DNA from: Octopus bimaculoides
Taxonomy: Eukaryota
Direction of reading: 5' to 3'
DNA length: 40,497 nucleotides
Assembly (NCBI RefSeq): GCF_001194135.2
Contig: NC_068981.1
Location: 22,046,023 to 22,086,519, forward strand
The notes beneath the pieces are model-generated. The model was not told the origin of the DNA. It saw nothing but the letters and a program-made list of their open reading frames with translations, and searched no databases. Positions 25,080 to 35,765 of the stretch are shown piece after piece; position 1 is the first letter of the stretch, and each line of letters starts with the position of its first letter. The position numbers and the translations under genes are program-made.

Positions 25080-26185
25080 CATCCACACACATACGGTGGT
25101 GCACCAGCATGACCGCAGCCACTTGGCTGAAACACATAAATAAATAAATAAATAAAAAATACATATACACACATGCATGCACATACATGCACATACACAG
25201 AAACATGCACATACATACTTATGCATACATGTACACACACATAAACACACACACGTATATACATACACTTACATACATATACACATATGCATGCACACAT
25301 ACATATACATGCATGTACGCATATACATATACACACACACACACACACACATACAGATACATGCATATACACGTATACATATACACATATGCATGGGCAC
25401 ACATAAACATTCAGACACACCCACACACAAGTACATACATATACACAAATATATACACACATACACACACCGTAAGGAAATGGGGTCAATGAAATAATTT
25501 ACAGAAAGCAACTTAAGTTCCAGAAACATTTTGGTAAATTTACAACACACATATACAGACACACACACACATATACATATATGAACACATACATACACAC
25601 ATACATAAATAAACATATACACAAGCATGGAAAAAAATGATATAAGAATGATGTTGCATAATTTGTATGTGTGTGTATGTACGTAGGTATGTGAGTATGT
25701 GTTCATATATATATATATATATATANNNNNNNNNNNNNNNNNNNNNNNNNNNNNNNNNNNNNNNNNNNNNNNNNNNNNNNNNNNNNNNNNNNNNNNNNNN
25801 NNNNNNNNNNNNNNNNNNNNNNNNNNNNNNNNNNNNNNNNNNNNNNNNNNNNNNNNNNNNNNNNNNNNNNNNNNNNNNNNNNNNNNNNNNNNNNNNNNNN
25901 NNNNNNNNNNNNNNNNNNNNNNNNNNNNNNNNNNNNNNNNNNNNNNNNNNNNNNNNNNNNNNNNNNNNNNNNNNNNNNNNNNNNNNNNNNNNNNNNATAT
26001 ATATATATATACATATATACAAACATATAAATCTGACCATGCTGCATAATTATGTGAGTGTATGCACATACATGCGTATGTGTGTGTGTGTATATGTATG
26101 CATATATGTATGTATGTATGTATGAGTCTATGTGTGTGTGTGTTTATATATTTATAAAAACATAAACGTGAGTGTACATATACAA

Positions 26186-26222
<37 letters not shown>

Positions 26223-26328
26223 CATATATATGCATACATTACATCTAATTACACACAGAGGAACACACACACATACTCAATCACAGGGCTGTGTTAGCAA
26301 TTATTTTTATTCAAGAAATGTTATCTGT

Positions 26329-26742
26329 AGGGGTGGCTGTGTGGTAAGTAGCTTGCTAACGAACCACATGGTTCCGGGTTCAGTCCCACTGCGTGGCACC
26401 TTGGACAAGTGTCTTCTACTATAGCCTCGGGCCGACCAAAGCCTTGTGAGCGGATTTGGTAGATGGAAACTGAAAGAAGTCCTTCTTATATATGTATATA
26501 TATATATATATATATATGTCTGTGTACAGGTTTGTGTGTCTGTGTCTGTCCCTACAACATCGCTTGACAACCAATGCTGGTGTGTTTACGTCCCCGTAAC
26601 TTAGCGGTTCAGCAAAAGAAAACCGATATAATAAGTACTCGGCTTACAAAGAATAAGTCCTGGGGTTGATTTGCTCGACTAAAGGTGGCGCTCCAGCATG
26701 GCCACAGTCAAATGACTGAAACAAGTAAAAGAGTCAAAGAGT
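26329..26742 (+). mobile_element. SINE family B, full-length reference copy
   Basis: Head ggctgtgtggtaagtagcttgc...ggttccgggttcagtccc, core gcaccttggacaagtgtctt, internal (TA)n, and an aaaagagtcaaagagt tail. Confidence 0.9.
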
Positions 26743-27084
26743 ATACGTATACTCACACACACGTATGTGTGTGTATGTATACACATACATACATATATGT
26801 ATGTATATATATATTATTCTTAAACAAGTAAGGTATTGACAATGACTTGACAGTTCCAGACATCTAAGTCATCATCTAATCTTATCTAAGAATAATGAAT
26901 TTGTTCTTGACAAAAGTGTGAGGAGATCCTTTGACAGAGTGTGCTGGATGCTTTTTACATGGTACCTGCCCCTATGCGTTACCTATGACCCCAGCACTTG
27001 TGCTTTTTAAACAGCACCAGCACCGGTGATTTTTATGTGACACCAGAACTCTGTGTGTGTGTGTGTGTGTGTCTGTCTGTCTGT

Positions 27085-27234
27085 CCGGTAAGAAGCTGTC
27101 TTCCCAACCAAATGGTTCTGGGTTCAGTTCCACTGTGTGACACCTTGGGCAAGTGTGTTCAATTATAGCCTTGAGCTGACCAAAGACTTGTGAGTCGAAT
27201 TGGTACATGGAAACTGAAAGAAGCCCATTATATA
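27085..27234 (+). mobile_element. SINE family B, 5' half running into a gap
   Basis: ggtaagaagc...gggttcagttccactgtgtgacaccttgggcaagtg...ggaaactgaaagaagccc. Confidence 0.8.
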
Positions 27235-28191
27235 NNNNNNNNNNNNNNNNNNNNNNNNNNNNNNNNNNNNNNNNNNNNNNNNNNNNNNNNNNNNNNNNNN
27301 NNNNNNNNNNNNNNNNNNNNNNNNNNNNNNNNNNNNNNNNNNNNNNNNNNNNNNNNNNNNNNNNNNNNNNNNNNNNNNNNNNNNNNNNNNNNNNNNNNNN
27401 NNNNNNNNNNNNNNNNNNNNNNNNNNNNNNNNNNNNNNNNNNNNNNNNNNNNNNNNNNNNNNNNNNNNNNNNNNNNNNNNNNNNNNNNNNNNNNNNNNNN
27501 NNNNNNNNNNNNNNNNNNNNNNNNNNNNNNNNNNNNNNNNNNNNNNNNNNNNNNNNNNNNNNNNNNNNNNNNNNNNNNNNNNNNNNNNNNNNNNNNNNNN
27601 NNNNNNNNNNNNNNNNNNNNNNNNNNNNNNNNNNNNNNNNNNNNNNNNNNNNNNNNNNNNNNNNNNNNNNNNNNNNNNNNNNNNNNNNNNNNNNNNNNNN
27701 NNNNNNNNNNNNNNNNNNNNNNNNNNNNNNNNNNNNNNNNNNNNNNNNNNNNNNNNNNNNNNNNNNNNNNNNNNNNNNNNNNNNNNNNNNNNNNNNNNNN
27801 NNNNNNNNNNNNNNNNNNNNNNNNNNNNNNNNNNNNNNNNNNNNNNNNNNNNNNNNNNNNNNNNNNNNNNNNNNNNNNNNNNNNNNNNNNNNNNNNNNNN
27901 NNNNNNNNNNNNNNNNNNNNNNNNNNNNNNNNNNNNNNNNNNNNNNNNNNNNNNNNNNNNNNNNNNNNNNNNNNNNNNNNNNNNNNNNNNNNNNNNNNNN
28001 NNNNNNNNNNNNNNNNNNNNNNNNNNNNNNNNNNNNNNNNNNNNNNNNNNNNNNNNNNNNNNNNNNNNNNNNNNNNNNNNNNNNNNNNNNNNNNNNNNNN
28101 NNNNNNNNNNNNNNNNNNNNNNNNNNNNNNNNNNNNNNNNNNNNNNNNNNNNNNNNNNNNNNNNNNNNNNNNNNNNNNNNNNNNNNNNNNN

Positions 28192-28233
<42 letters not shown>

Positions 28234-28435
28234 GTAGAAAGAGAGAGAAAGATAGAAAGCCAGTATAAAGATTTAGTTACTACATACAGTTAGATAGATA
28301 GATAGATAGATAAGATAGATAGATAGATAGACAGAAGGACAGATAAATATATGGATAGATAGATGCNNNNNNNNNNAAGATAGAAAGCCAGTATAAAGAT
28401 TTAGTTACTACATACAGTTAGATAGATAGATAGAT

Positions 28436-28487
<52 letters not shown>

Positions 28488-28737
28488 CAGAAGGACAGAT
28501 AAATATATGGATAGATAGATGCATGACAGACAGACAGACAGACAGAAGGATGGAGTGATAGATGCGTTTGAGGAAGCTAGACAAACATACAGAGAACTAA
28601 CATAATCTCCTTGAACAGTCACACTGTTACTATTGGCAAGGATTTGTGATGATTAAGAAACAAACCAAGTATAAGTGAAGGATGTGTGAGTGAAGGCGGT
28701 GAGTTGAGTGTGAAACATGAGTGACCAGATGACCTAC

Positions 28738-28823
28738 CTTGGTGTCACATGATGGCAGGTGATGACAGCTATAATTTCCTCAGCCCGATATCTCAAAGCC
28801 AAACACTGTGAACAGTTGCACAT
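28738..28823 (-). CDS. Candidate upstream (possibly first) coding exon of the SH2 gene
   Basis: Non-repetitive sequence with a strong donor AAG|gtaggt at 28738/28737. ATG at 28823 gives MCNCSQCLALRYRAEEIIAVITCHHVTP plus AG, phase 2, which fits the 16272 exon. There is no homology support. Confidence 0.3.
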
Positions 28824-29051
28824 TTCTATTATATAATGCCCCAAATGTCCTGTTTTTAATGTATTGTCCCCTTTTTTTGCTGGTAGCAAAGGGTAGGGTA
28901 CTCTCGAGTATGCTGCACAGTGCATAGAACAAGGGGTAAAAGGAAACGTCACAGCAGAATATAGACGGGGAACGATTTACCCCCAAGTCAGGTTCTTGTC
29001 TGGTCTAGTCTGGTATAATTCTGTGGTTGAGTATATATTTGTGCACATGTG

Positions 29052-29093
<42 letters not shown>

Positions 29094-29305
29094 TGTTCAG
29101 TTTAAGTTACAAGCAAGTGGAAGATGCAGGAGGTTTTGCAAATACTTAGACCTGTGCGATTATTGGACGATGTGGTCATGTGCTTACTTATGCTCTCTGT
29201 AGCTACTCTGAGTTTCGTGAGAGATGCTGTTAGGGCATCTATGCTGTGTGTATGTGTGCACGTGTATGTGTTTGTGTGTGGGCAGAAGATAGATAGACAG
29301 AGAGG

Positions 29306-29350
<45 letters not shown>

Positions 29351-29399
29351 TGGTTGACTGATTTAGTTTACAGTCGCACGACGTTATAGGAATTGCAAT

Positions 29400-30420
29400 C
29401 AAATCTCCCTCATGTCACACTTTACCGTCTTAGAAAAATGAATCAGATTATTTACTTTCTCATTTACAAGACACTTTGATGTTTATCGACGGAACCAGTG
29501 ACAGCTCCAGCGTTTTCCACGGTCCAGGGAAAGTTTTTGTATAAACAGTGCTCCAAAGTGTTATGTAATAAATCAAATTCAATGTCACTTTTTAATGTAA
29601 TTTCAAAGATACAACAAAGATGAGACATGAAAAATAACAGCTCCATAAAATGCATGCTGGTAATTCTCCTGTACCGGTATTTTACCGAAAAACAAAGAAT
29701 GTTGTCTTTAAAATTCAAGCATTCAGTTGTTGTCCATTTATGACAAGTGTATCTAACTTTCGCAGTCCACCATGAAATTTCACAGATAAACCGTAATTAT
29801 ATCTGTAGCGTATAACCAATCGGAGCTCCTAAATAAGATCACGTGAGACAGCCTTTTTCTCAACCCCGTTGAACCTACTGTTCATTATAAAAACTCACCT
29901 TCTCGTCTCGATGTCTTTGGTTCCAGACCTCTTAAGGTCTAGCCACTGACCACACAAGACAGCCAGTTCCAGCGACAACACCAGACGACAACACCCGTCC
30001 AACAGCAAAACGCCCAGGTTTCAACACAGCACTGTTCGTGAATTATTTCACCATGGTTTAACAGCAAAGATACAACCTGCGAGCCAGACGACAACACCCG
30101 TCCAGCAGCATTACGGTAATCTCTTCGTCGCTACCATCTTCTTAACGGCGTCAACAACATCTCTACGTACACAGCTCAACCAGCAACACTTCTAACATAA
30201 CACTGTTTGTGAATTACTTCACCACAGTTAACAGCGAATATACAACCTGCGAGAACTCCTGTACAAGTGACCCAGGCACAACTTCGTACGGCATGTACCG
30301 CAACCGGCTCTGCATCATCGCGGCCTGTCTATTGTTCTGTATACATGACGTACACACAGACACACAAGTTAACATATCAATAAAACTTTTCTCTCAAACA
30401 TTCTATTCGGTTGCGTCACA

Positions 30421-30472
<52 letters not shown>

Positions 30473-30850
30473 AACTGGCACATTATATGTATTATTCCAG
30501 CCTTCTGAAGAGAGTCGTTATTAGATGGTTTCACCACTTGAGATCACGAACATCTAAAAATGGTGACCCGACGTAGAACACGCACCCCGACATCCATTTA
30601 AATATATAAAGCTTGAAAAACCTGGTTTCACACCTCGTACTGCTCGCAGGCAACGTTACAGCAGTTTGAAGCCATTTTAACAGTTCAAAGGTGGCAAAAA
30701 CTTAAGTATCTTCATTAGTGAATTCAAAGTATGTATCTTCCGCTCGATGAGACGTTTTGCTCTATAGTGCTCTATAGTACTCTGCCTTCAGGTCCCCCAG
30801 CTTTAACTTTTCTATTTCTGTTCTGAATTCAGACCAAAAATAACTCTTCG
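29400..30850 (+). mobile_element. Gypsy-like 5' LTR, tRNA-Trp-type PBS and possible degenerate gag start
   Basis: CCAAT and E-box at 29815-29847, TATA-like ttataaaaa near 29885, internal direct repeats, AATAAA near 30378, and a putative LTR end ...tcacgaaCA at 30552. TGGTGACCCGACGT at 30561-30574 is the tRNA-Trp complement minus one C. The left boundary is uncertain. Confidence 0.6.
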
Positions 30851-30879
30851 TTGAACGAATTCATCTCAATTTCAACCAG

Positions 30880-32420
30880 TATAGTTTTCGTGGTGTTGGG
30901 GACTACCTAACACAGCTTCTGCACCACTATGATGATATTATAACGATATTGGTTCATAAGGACTGAGTGTGAATGTATATACGACTTGAGATGAAAATGA
31001 ACTGGTAAGCGATGATTTATTCTCCGTTATGAAATACAATGGTTGCCATACATGAAATAAATAACGTAACAGGTTACTACAAAGATGTGTGAGAGACTTC
31101 GAGGTTAGGCTGGACAGTTGATCTTGTAGACAAAGTTGACGTATTGTTGGTGGTGGTGTGTAGAGGCAGCCGTTTGTCTGTTGGTCGTGTGGAGTTCATA
31201 CAGCAACGATATAGGAAGACGTCTGGTGGAGATGAAAGCGGAGACTGGCTGGTGTGAGATATGTAAGAACGACCGTGCGAACTCAAAAAGGAGAAATGGT
31301 GACGAATGGAAAAAACAGAGGACTCCTTTTATTTAAACGTGTCACACGGTCGAACACAAAATAATATATCAAAGATGATGTACATAATGTTATGCTACGA
31401 TAACATAGATGACCAGTAATGAAAGACCACAACCGTATAAGATGAATAACAGAGATATTTATTATGGCGTTAAAGATGTATGTGTATGTGAGAGTGTGAA
31501 TGCGACATATAAGAACATAATCAAAGACAGGCCGTCGTACAAAGAAAAGTATGTATGTGAGTGATACATGTATGTGTATGTGAAATATTACAGCAGAGAA
31601 AGAGTCAGTGACACGTGAGAGTTTTTNNNNNNNNNNNNNNNNNNNNNNNNNNNNNNNNNNCTAACAGAATCGAAGAGAGAGATGTGCCGCGGTGGTTTAG
31701 CTTGGTGTACATAGAAAGTCGTGTAGACGCTGGTGGAGATTGATGCTGGTTAGTAGTAATCGTAGAATCGTGTTGCTCATGACGATGATGCTGGTTAGTA
31801 GTCGTAGACTCGTGTTGCTGATGTGGCGACGGCGTTAGTGGTCATCGTTGGACGAAGCTGTTGATGTGTCGCTGGCTGCCGCTGCTGCTGCTGTCGTGTG
31901 GTACACGGAACAGATCTCAAAGAGAAACTGAACCGAGACGAATTTGCTGGGTATGATCTAGTCTATTTAAAGCGAATTATCGGCTCCCAAAGGCTTCAGA
32001 AAAACACTCTATCACGTGACCTTATTAGGGGCCGTGATTGGTCAGTTTGCATTCTGGCGGGAAAGGTTCGAAGAATTTGCCGTTTCAAATAATAATCAGT
32101 CACGTGATGACAAGGTTGATGTTTTCCGCTACGCCCGCGCTTGTTTATATTTAAATGAGAAGAATGGCGATAGCAGTTTTGTATCTAATGGCGATAGGTA
32201 GTTTCACTACAGATACATCTTTGTCAGAGACGAGTTGCGCGTGGTCAGTGGCGTGTGCCAAAGACGTAGAACAGTCGAGAACTGCATTTCTTATAGAGAA
32301 TGGTGGGTTCCCAGGAGAGATGAACGTTTTTCAGCCAAGGGAACACGTGATCCATTTTAGCGCATTGACCGTGTAATTTGGCGCAATTGTTTAGGGGACA
32401 ATTTGCGCCTAAAAACTAAC
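30880..32420 (-). mobile_element. One or two LTR-like sequences in minus orientation, spanning a gap
   Basis: 31995-32043 is an inverted homologue of the CCAAT/E-box core at 29815-29860. Minus-strand TATA-like motifs lie near 31965 and 31330, AATAAA near 31017, and short internal direct repeats at 31740-31830. No internal ORF is seen. Confidence 0.45.
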
Positions 32421-32623
32421 CAGTCAGAACAATGGTTACAATCTGGTCTTTATATCTAAGTGTTCTCTGCTACGTCCAAACAACAACTATAAATCAAAGG
32501 GAGATAGATTAATTTGCTTTCTTTTATTTTGTCAACATAAATATCATTTCTATATTTAAGAGATGAGGAATTATATACATTATTTACATTTGATGGATAT
32601 TTGTTCTTATCTTGTTTGTTGTT

Positions 32624-32670
32624 AACACAACGTTTCGGCTGATGTACTTTCCAGCCTTCATCAGGTGTCC
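32624..32670 (-). ncRNA. Minimal type I hammerhead ribozyme
   Basis: The minus strand reads GGACAC-CUGAUGA-A-GGCUG(gaaaguacau)CAGCC-GAAA-CGUU-GUGUU. It has the conserved core, a 5-bp stem II, stem I GGACAC/GUGUU, a palindromic ACGU stem III and a GUU cleavage triplet. Confidence 0.8.
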
Positions 32671-32744
32671 TGGGGAAATTTCGAACCTACGGTATTTTTC
32701 CGATGTTATTATTATTGTTGTTATTATTATTCAGTTCACTGCTT

Positions 32745-32810
32745 AAGATGGAATCGAACTTGGAATCTTGGGGTTAGTAGCCCGCTCTCTTAGTCACTAA
32801 GCCATATGCC
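32745..32810 (-). promoter_or_regulatory. tRNA-like Pol III internal promoter inside the pseudo-LTR
   Basis: A-box TGGCTTAGTG (32804-32795), an anticodon-arm-like gcgggCTACTAAcccc, and B-box GTTCGATTCC (32759-32750). Confidence 0.65.
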
Positions 32811-32929
32811 TCTGTCTATTATTTTAACTTCATCCCACAGGGGAGGTGGTTTCCGTTTTTCCATACATGATCAGCTATACCCGATTTATCAATATCTCCT
32901 CGTGTCACAGCTTTGCAATGTTCCTCTAC

Positions 32930-33612
32930 CATCCATACTGTGTAAAGAGAGGGATTGCTCAGTGTGTAAAACATCGAGCAAAGTATATAAGTAGCGATCC
33001 TGATACACACCACGAAGAAATGATCAAGCTAAGTAACAATCTATTAAGCAACAACTACCCCAAAAACATACTATCCACTCCAATTATGAAGAGAAGAGAG
33101 GATGAAATCCATAAACTAACTATAGTCTGTCTACCTTATGTGAAAGGCCTCTCCGAAAAGATACAAAAGATATGTGGCCCATTTAACATCAGGACAGTAT
33201 TCAAGAGTAATACAACACTTTGCAAATATCACTTTCGAATAAAACCATCAATAGAAGAGAATATGACCAAAGACTGCATGTATTCTATTCCATGCAGTTG
33301 TGGTAGGTTATATAACGGCAAAACATGTCGCCCCCTCAAAATAAGGGTAGAAGAACATCGCAAAGCTGCGACACGAGGAGATATTGATAAATCGGGTATA
33401 GCTGATCATATATGGAAAAACGGAGACCACCTCCCCTGTGGGATGAAGTTAAAATAATAGACAGAGAACACCACTGGAAAATACAAAAACTAAAAGAAGC
33501 AGCACATATGCTTGGACATAATAACCTCCTAAGCAGACAGAGTGCAGATATGAACAGCATATGGGAACCAGTATTTAGGAAGGATAGGAAAGTATTAGAT
33601 TTATAAGCCCTA
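32930..33612 (+). pseudogene. Penelope-like RT C-terminal/thumb region plus GIY-YIG endonuclease, frameshifted
   Basis: HPYCVKRGIAQC...LPYVKGLSEKI...MYSIPCSCGRLYNGKTCRPLKIRVEEHRK...SGIADHIW, then a frameshift near 33435 to WDEVKIIDREHHWKIQKLKEAAHM. Confidence 0.9.
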
Positions 33613-33778
33613 AAATTCACTCCATTAATTGCCCACGGGCATATGACGTAGTGAATTCCGAGTTCGATTCCATCAAAGCATCCTCGCGACATTACTATGA
33701 CTGACTGTAGCTGAAACATGAATAAAAATAACAACAATAATAACATCGGAAAAATACTGTAGGTTCGAGATTTCCCCA

Positions 33779-33814
33779 GGACACCTGATGAAGGCTGGAC
33801 AGTACATCAGCCGA
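33779..33814 (+). ncRNA. Truncated second hammerhead copy, predicted inactive alone
   Basis: GGACAC-CUGAUGA-A-GGCUG...CAGCC-GA, then unrelated sequence. It lacks AACGUU and the 3' strand of stem I. Confidence 0.7.
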
Positions 33815-33819
33815 TGATT

Positions 33820-34440
33820 CTAAGCTCCAGAAAATAATTAAGGAAGTTATTAAGTATTTAATAGACCAGAACTCCAATTTCAACTCTGTGCTGTGATTCG
33901 ATGGGCGAAAAAGAATATATTGCTAAACGAGAAAAAATTTGGACGCATTGACTTTGCAAAAGTGAATTTACTTAAATCAGATTTAGATATAATTGTTGAT
34001 AACAACCTTGGGCCGAGTGCACATAACAAGTCATTATATATTCGTGAATCCTTAGAATTTTCCAATCAAGAAATTCTGTCACTATTATCATTCTTTTCTC
34101 TACATTTGCTAGGTCCCACCTTGAATACTGCTGCTCGTTGTGGTTTTCCAGTGCAAAGCAAAATATGAGAGTTGAAACATTCCGAGGTTGTTCATAAAAT
34201 AAATTAATTAGATAAATAAATATGGCATGAAAAGTCTTGGATATTTGGATCCCCTCAAAAAGCTGAAACCCTATTCTCTGTCAATACCGTCTTGAGCGTT
34301 ACATTTTTTGTCCAATGTGGAAAATATTCCATCAACAATGTCCAAACGCTGCCGATATCAAGTTGGTAGACCAAAACATGACTTAAAAGACTTCTCCAAG
34401 TGGTGAAGCGGGATATGGTGTATGCCAATACGACGGAAGC
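33820..34440 (+). mobile_element. CR1/L2-like LINE reverse transcriptase C-terminal fragment
   Basis: Broken frames give DLDIIVDNNL, ARSHLEYCCSLW and GMKSLGYLDPLKKLKPYSL, matching CR1-type DLGVIVD...RPHLEYC..VWSP...LSYEERLKKL motifs. Confidence 0.7.
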
Positions 34441-34687
34441 CTAAATTTTATACACGCCTATGTATGTATGTATGTATGTATGCATGCATGCATGCATGTG
34501 TGTGTATGTATATGTGTGTGATGAACGTATGTATGTATATGTGTGTATATGTCTGAGTATGCATACACAGAACGCGAAAGCACACACCCACCACTCAATC
34601 TTGAGTTTTTTTTCAAATTAGAAGGATTAAGAGTGAATGCATTTAATAAATGAGAAGTTACCTCCGGTCGAAATTCAAGCTACACCC

Positions 34688-34719
<32 letters not shown>

Positions 34720-34726
34720 TTGTGTA

Positions 34727-34788
<62 letters not shown>

Positions 34789-35024
34789 TGTGTGTGCGCG
34801 CGCGCGCAACTAGTAAAACAAACAGGATAAATATAATTCAACACATGACGTATGTACGTATATATGAGTGTGTGTGTGTACGCGTGTGTGTGTATGTGTG
34901 TACCATACATACACACATATATTGCTACACAAACAAGCATATATACGCATACACATGCACAAAGAAACCCAGACATGCGCACACCCATGCATACACTTTC
35001 ATGTATGTATGTCATTGTTCAGTT

Positions 35025-35450
35025 TTATTTCAAGATTTCTTGCCAATAGTGGAAGTGCCGGTTTCTAACCTAGATCCAAGGCTCCTTCACTGGAACTTCA
35101 AAAACATGTGTAGATTTGTATGTTTTGTTTTATGTATGTATTCTCATGCATATAGTTGCATGTCTAGACATGCACATATATACTTAATTTCTAAACTTCT
35201 GGAAAGTTTTACAGATTTTTGCAATTCCAGTGATGGATTGGATCTGTAGTCTTTGAATCAGCTTTCTCCTTTCTGGTTTTGAGAAGCCTAATTTCTCAGA
35301 TTGGTACTTAGGCTGTATGTTACATATCCCAGGGCTCCAATAATTACAGGTATAAACCTGAACTTGTAATCTGAGTAGAGTAACTGTATATTTCTCAATA
35401 GTTCAGCGTAGGTATTTTCTTTATTGCTGTGAACATCCACTGGGCAGCTG
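35025..35450 (-). mobile_element. 3' fragment of a non-LTR retrotransposon with a restriction-like (REL) endonuclease (R4/NeSL-type)
   Basis: SCPVDV...RNIQLLYSDYKFRFIPVIIGALGYVT..L..(EK)LGFSK...LQIQSITGIAKICK, typical of the REL C-terminus (PIVIGALG), followed by a 3' UTR. Confidence 0.72.
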
Positions 35451-35512
35451 GCATGCATGCATGTATATATGTATGTGTGTGTGTGTGTATGTATGCACGT
35501 ATATATGTACGT

Positions 35513-35562
<50 letters not shown>

Positions 35563-35572
35563 ATTTAGTTTA

Positions 35573-35734
35573 ATTCCAAGATTTCTTGTCAATAGTGAAA
35601 GTGTCGGTTTTTAACCCAGATCCAAGGCTCCCTCATTGGAATTTAAACAACATCAACAGGATATTTTTGTATGTAATTATATGTGCAAATTTGTATGTTT
35701 TGTTTTATGTATGTATTCTCATACTTATACTTGC

Positions 35735-35740
<6 letters not shown>
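35573..35740 (-). mobile_element. Second copy of the REL-element 3' UTR
   Basis: caagatttcttgtcaatagtgaaagtgtcggtttttaacccagatccaaggctcc is a diverged duplicate of 35031-35090. Confidence 0.7.

Positions 35741-35765
<25 letters not shown>

Larger units (their letters stand above)
32540..33814 (+). mobile_element. 5'-truncated Penelope-like element with an inverted 5' segment
   Basis: The plus arm from about 32930 encodes the RT thumb and GIY-YIG endonuclease, then a pseudo-LTR. The minus arm (about 32540-32930) is an inverted copy of the GIY-YIG end plus pseudo-LTR. Confidence 0.9.

Noticed and set aside
24242-28293. Long ORFs of 250-420 aa in the track
   Set aside because: They run through N gaps and (CA)n/(TA)n repeats; they are artefacts.
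28247-28520. Direct duplication of about 120 bp around the 10-N gap
   Set aside because: The copies are nearly identical apart from (GATA)n length and flank a placeholder gap, so this is probably unmerged allelic contig overlap.
30033-30552. 9-bp inverted repeat TGTTCGTGA...TCACGAACA as LTR termini
   Set aside because: The left motif is part of an internal tandem duplication (variant at about 30207) and lies downstream of the CCAAT/TATA motifs, so it is unlikely to be the LTR start.
32745-32810. Functional tRNA-Ser gene
   Set aside because: It has no proper acceptor stem and an unusual ACT anticodon, and it is embedded in a retroelement repeat. It was kept only as a Pol III promoter-like head.
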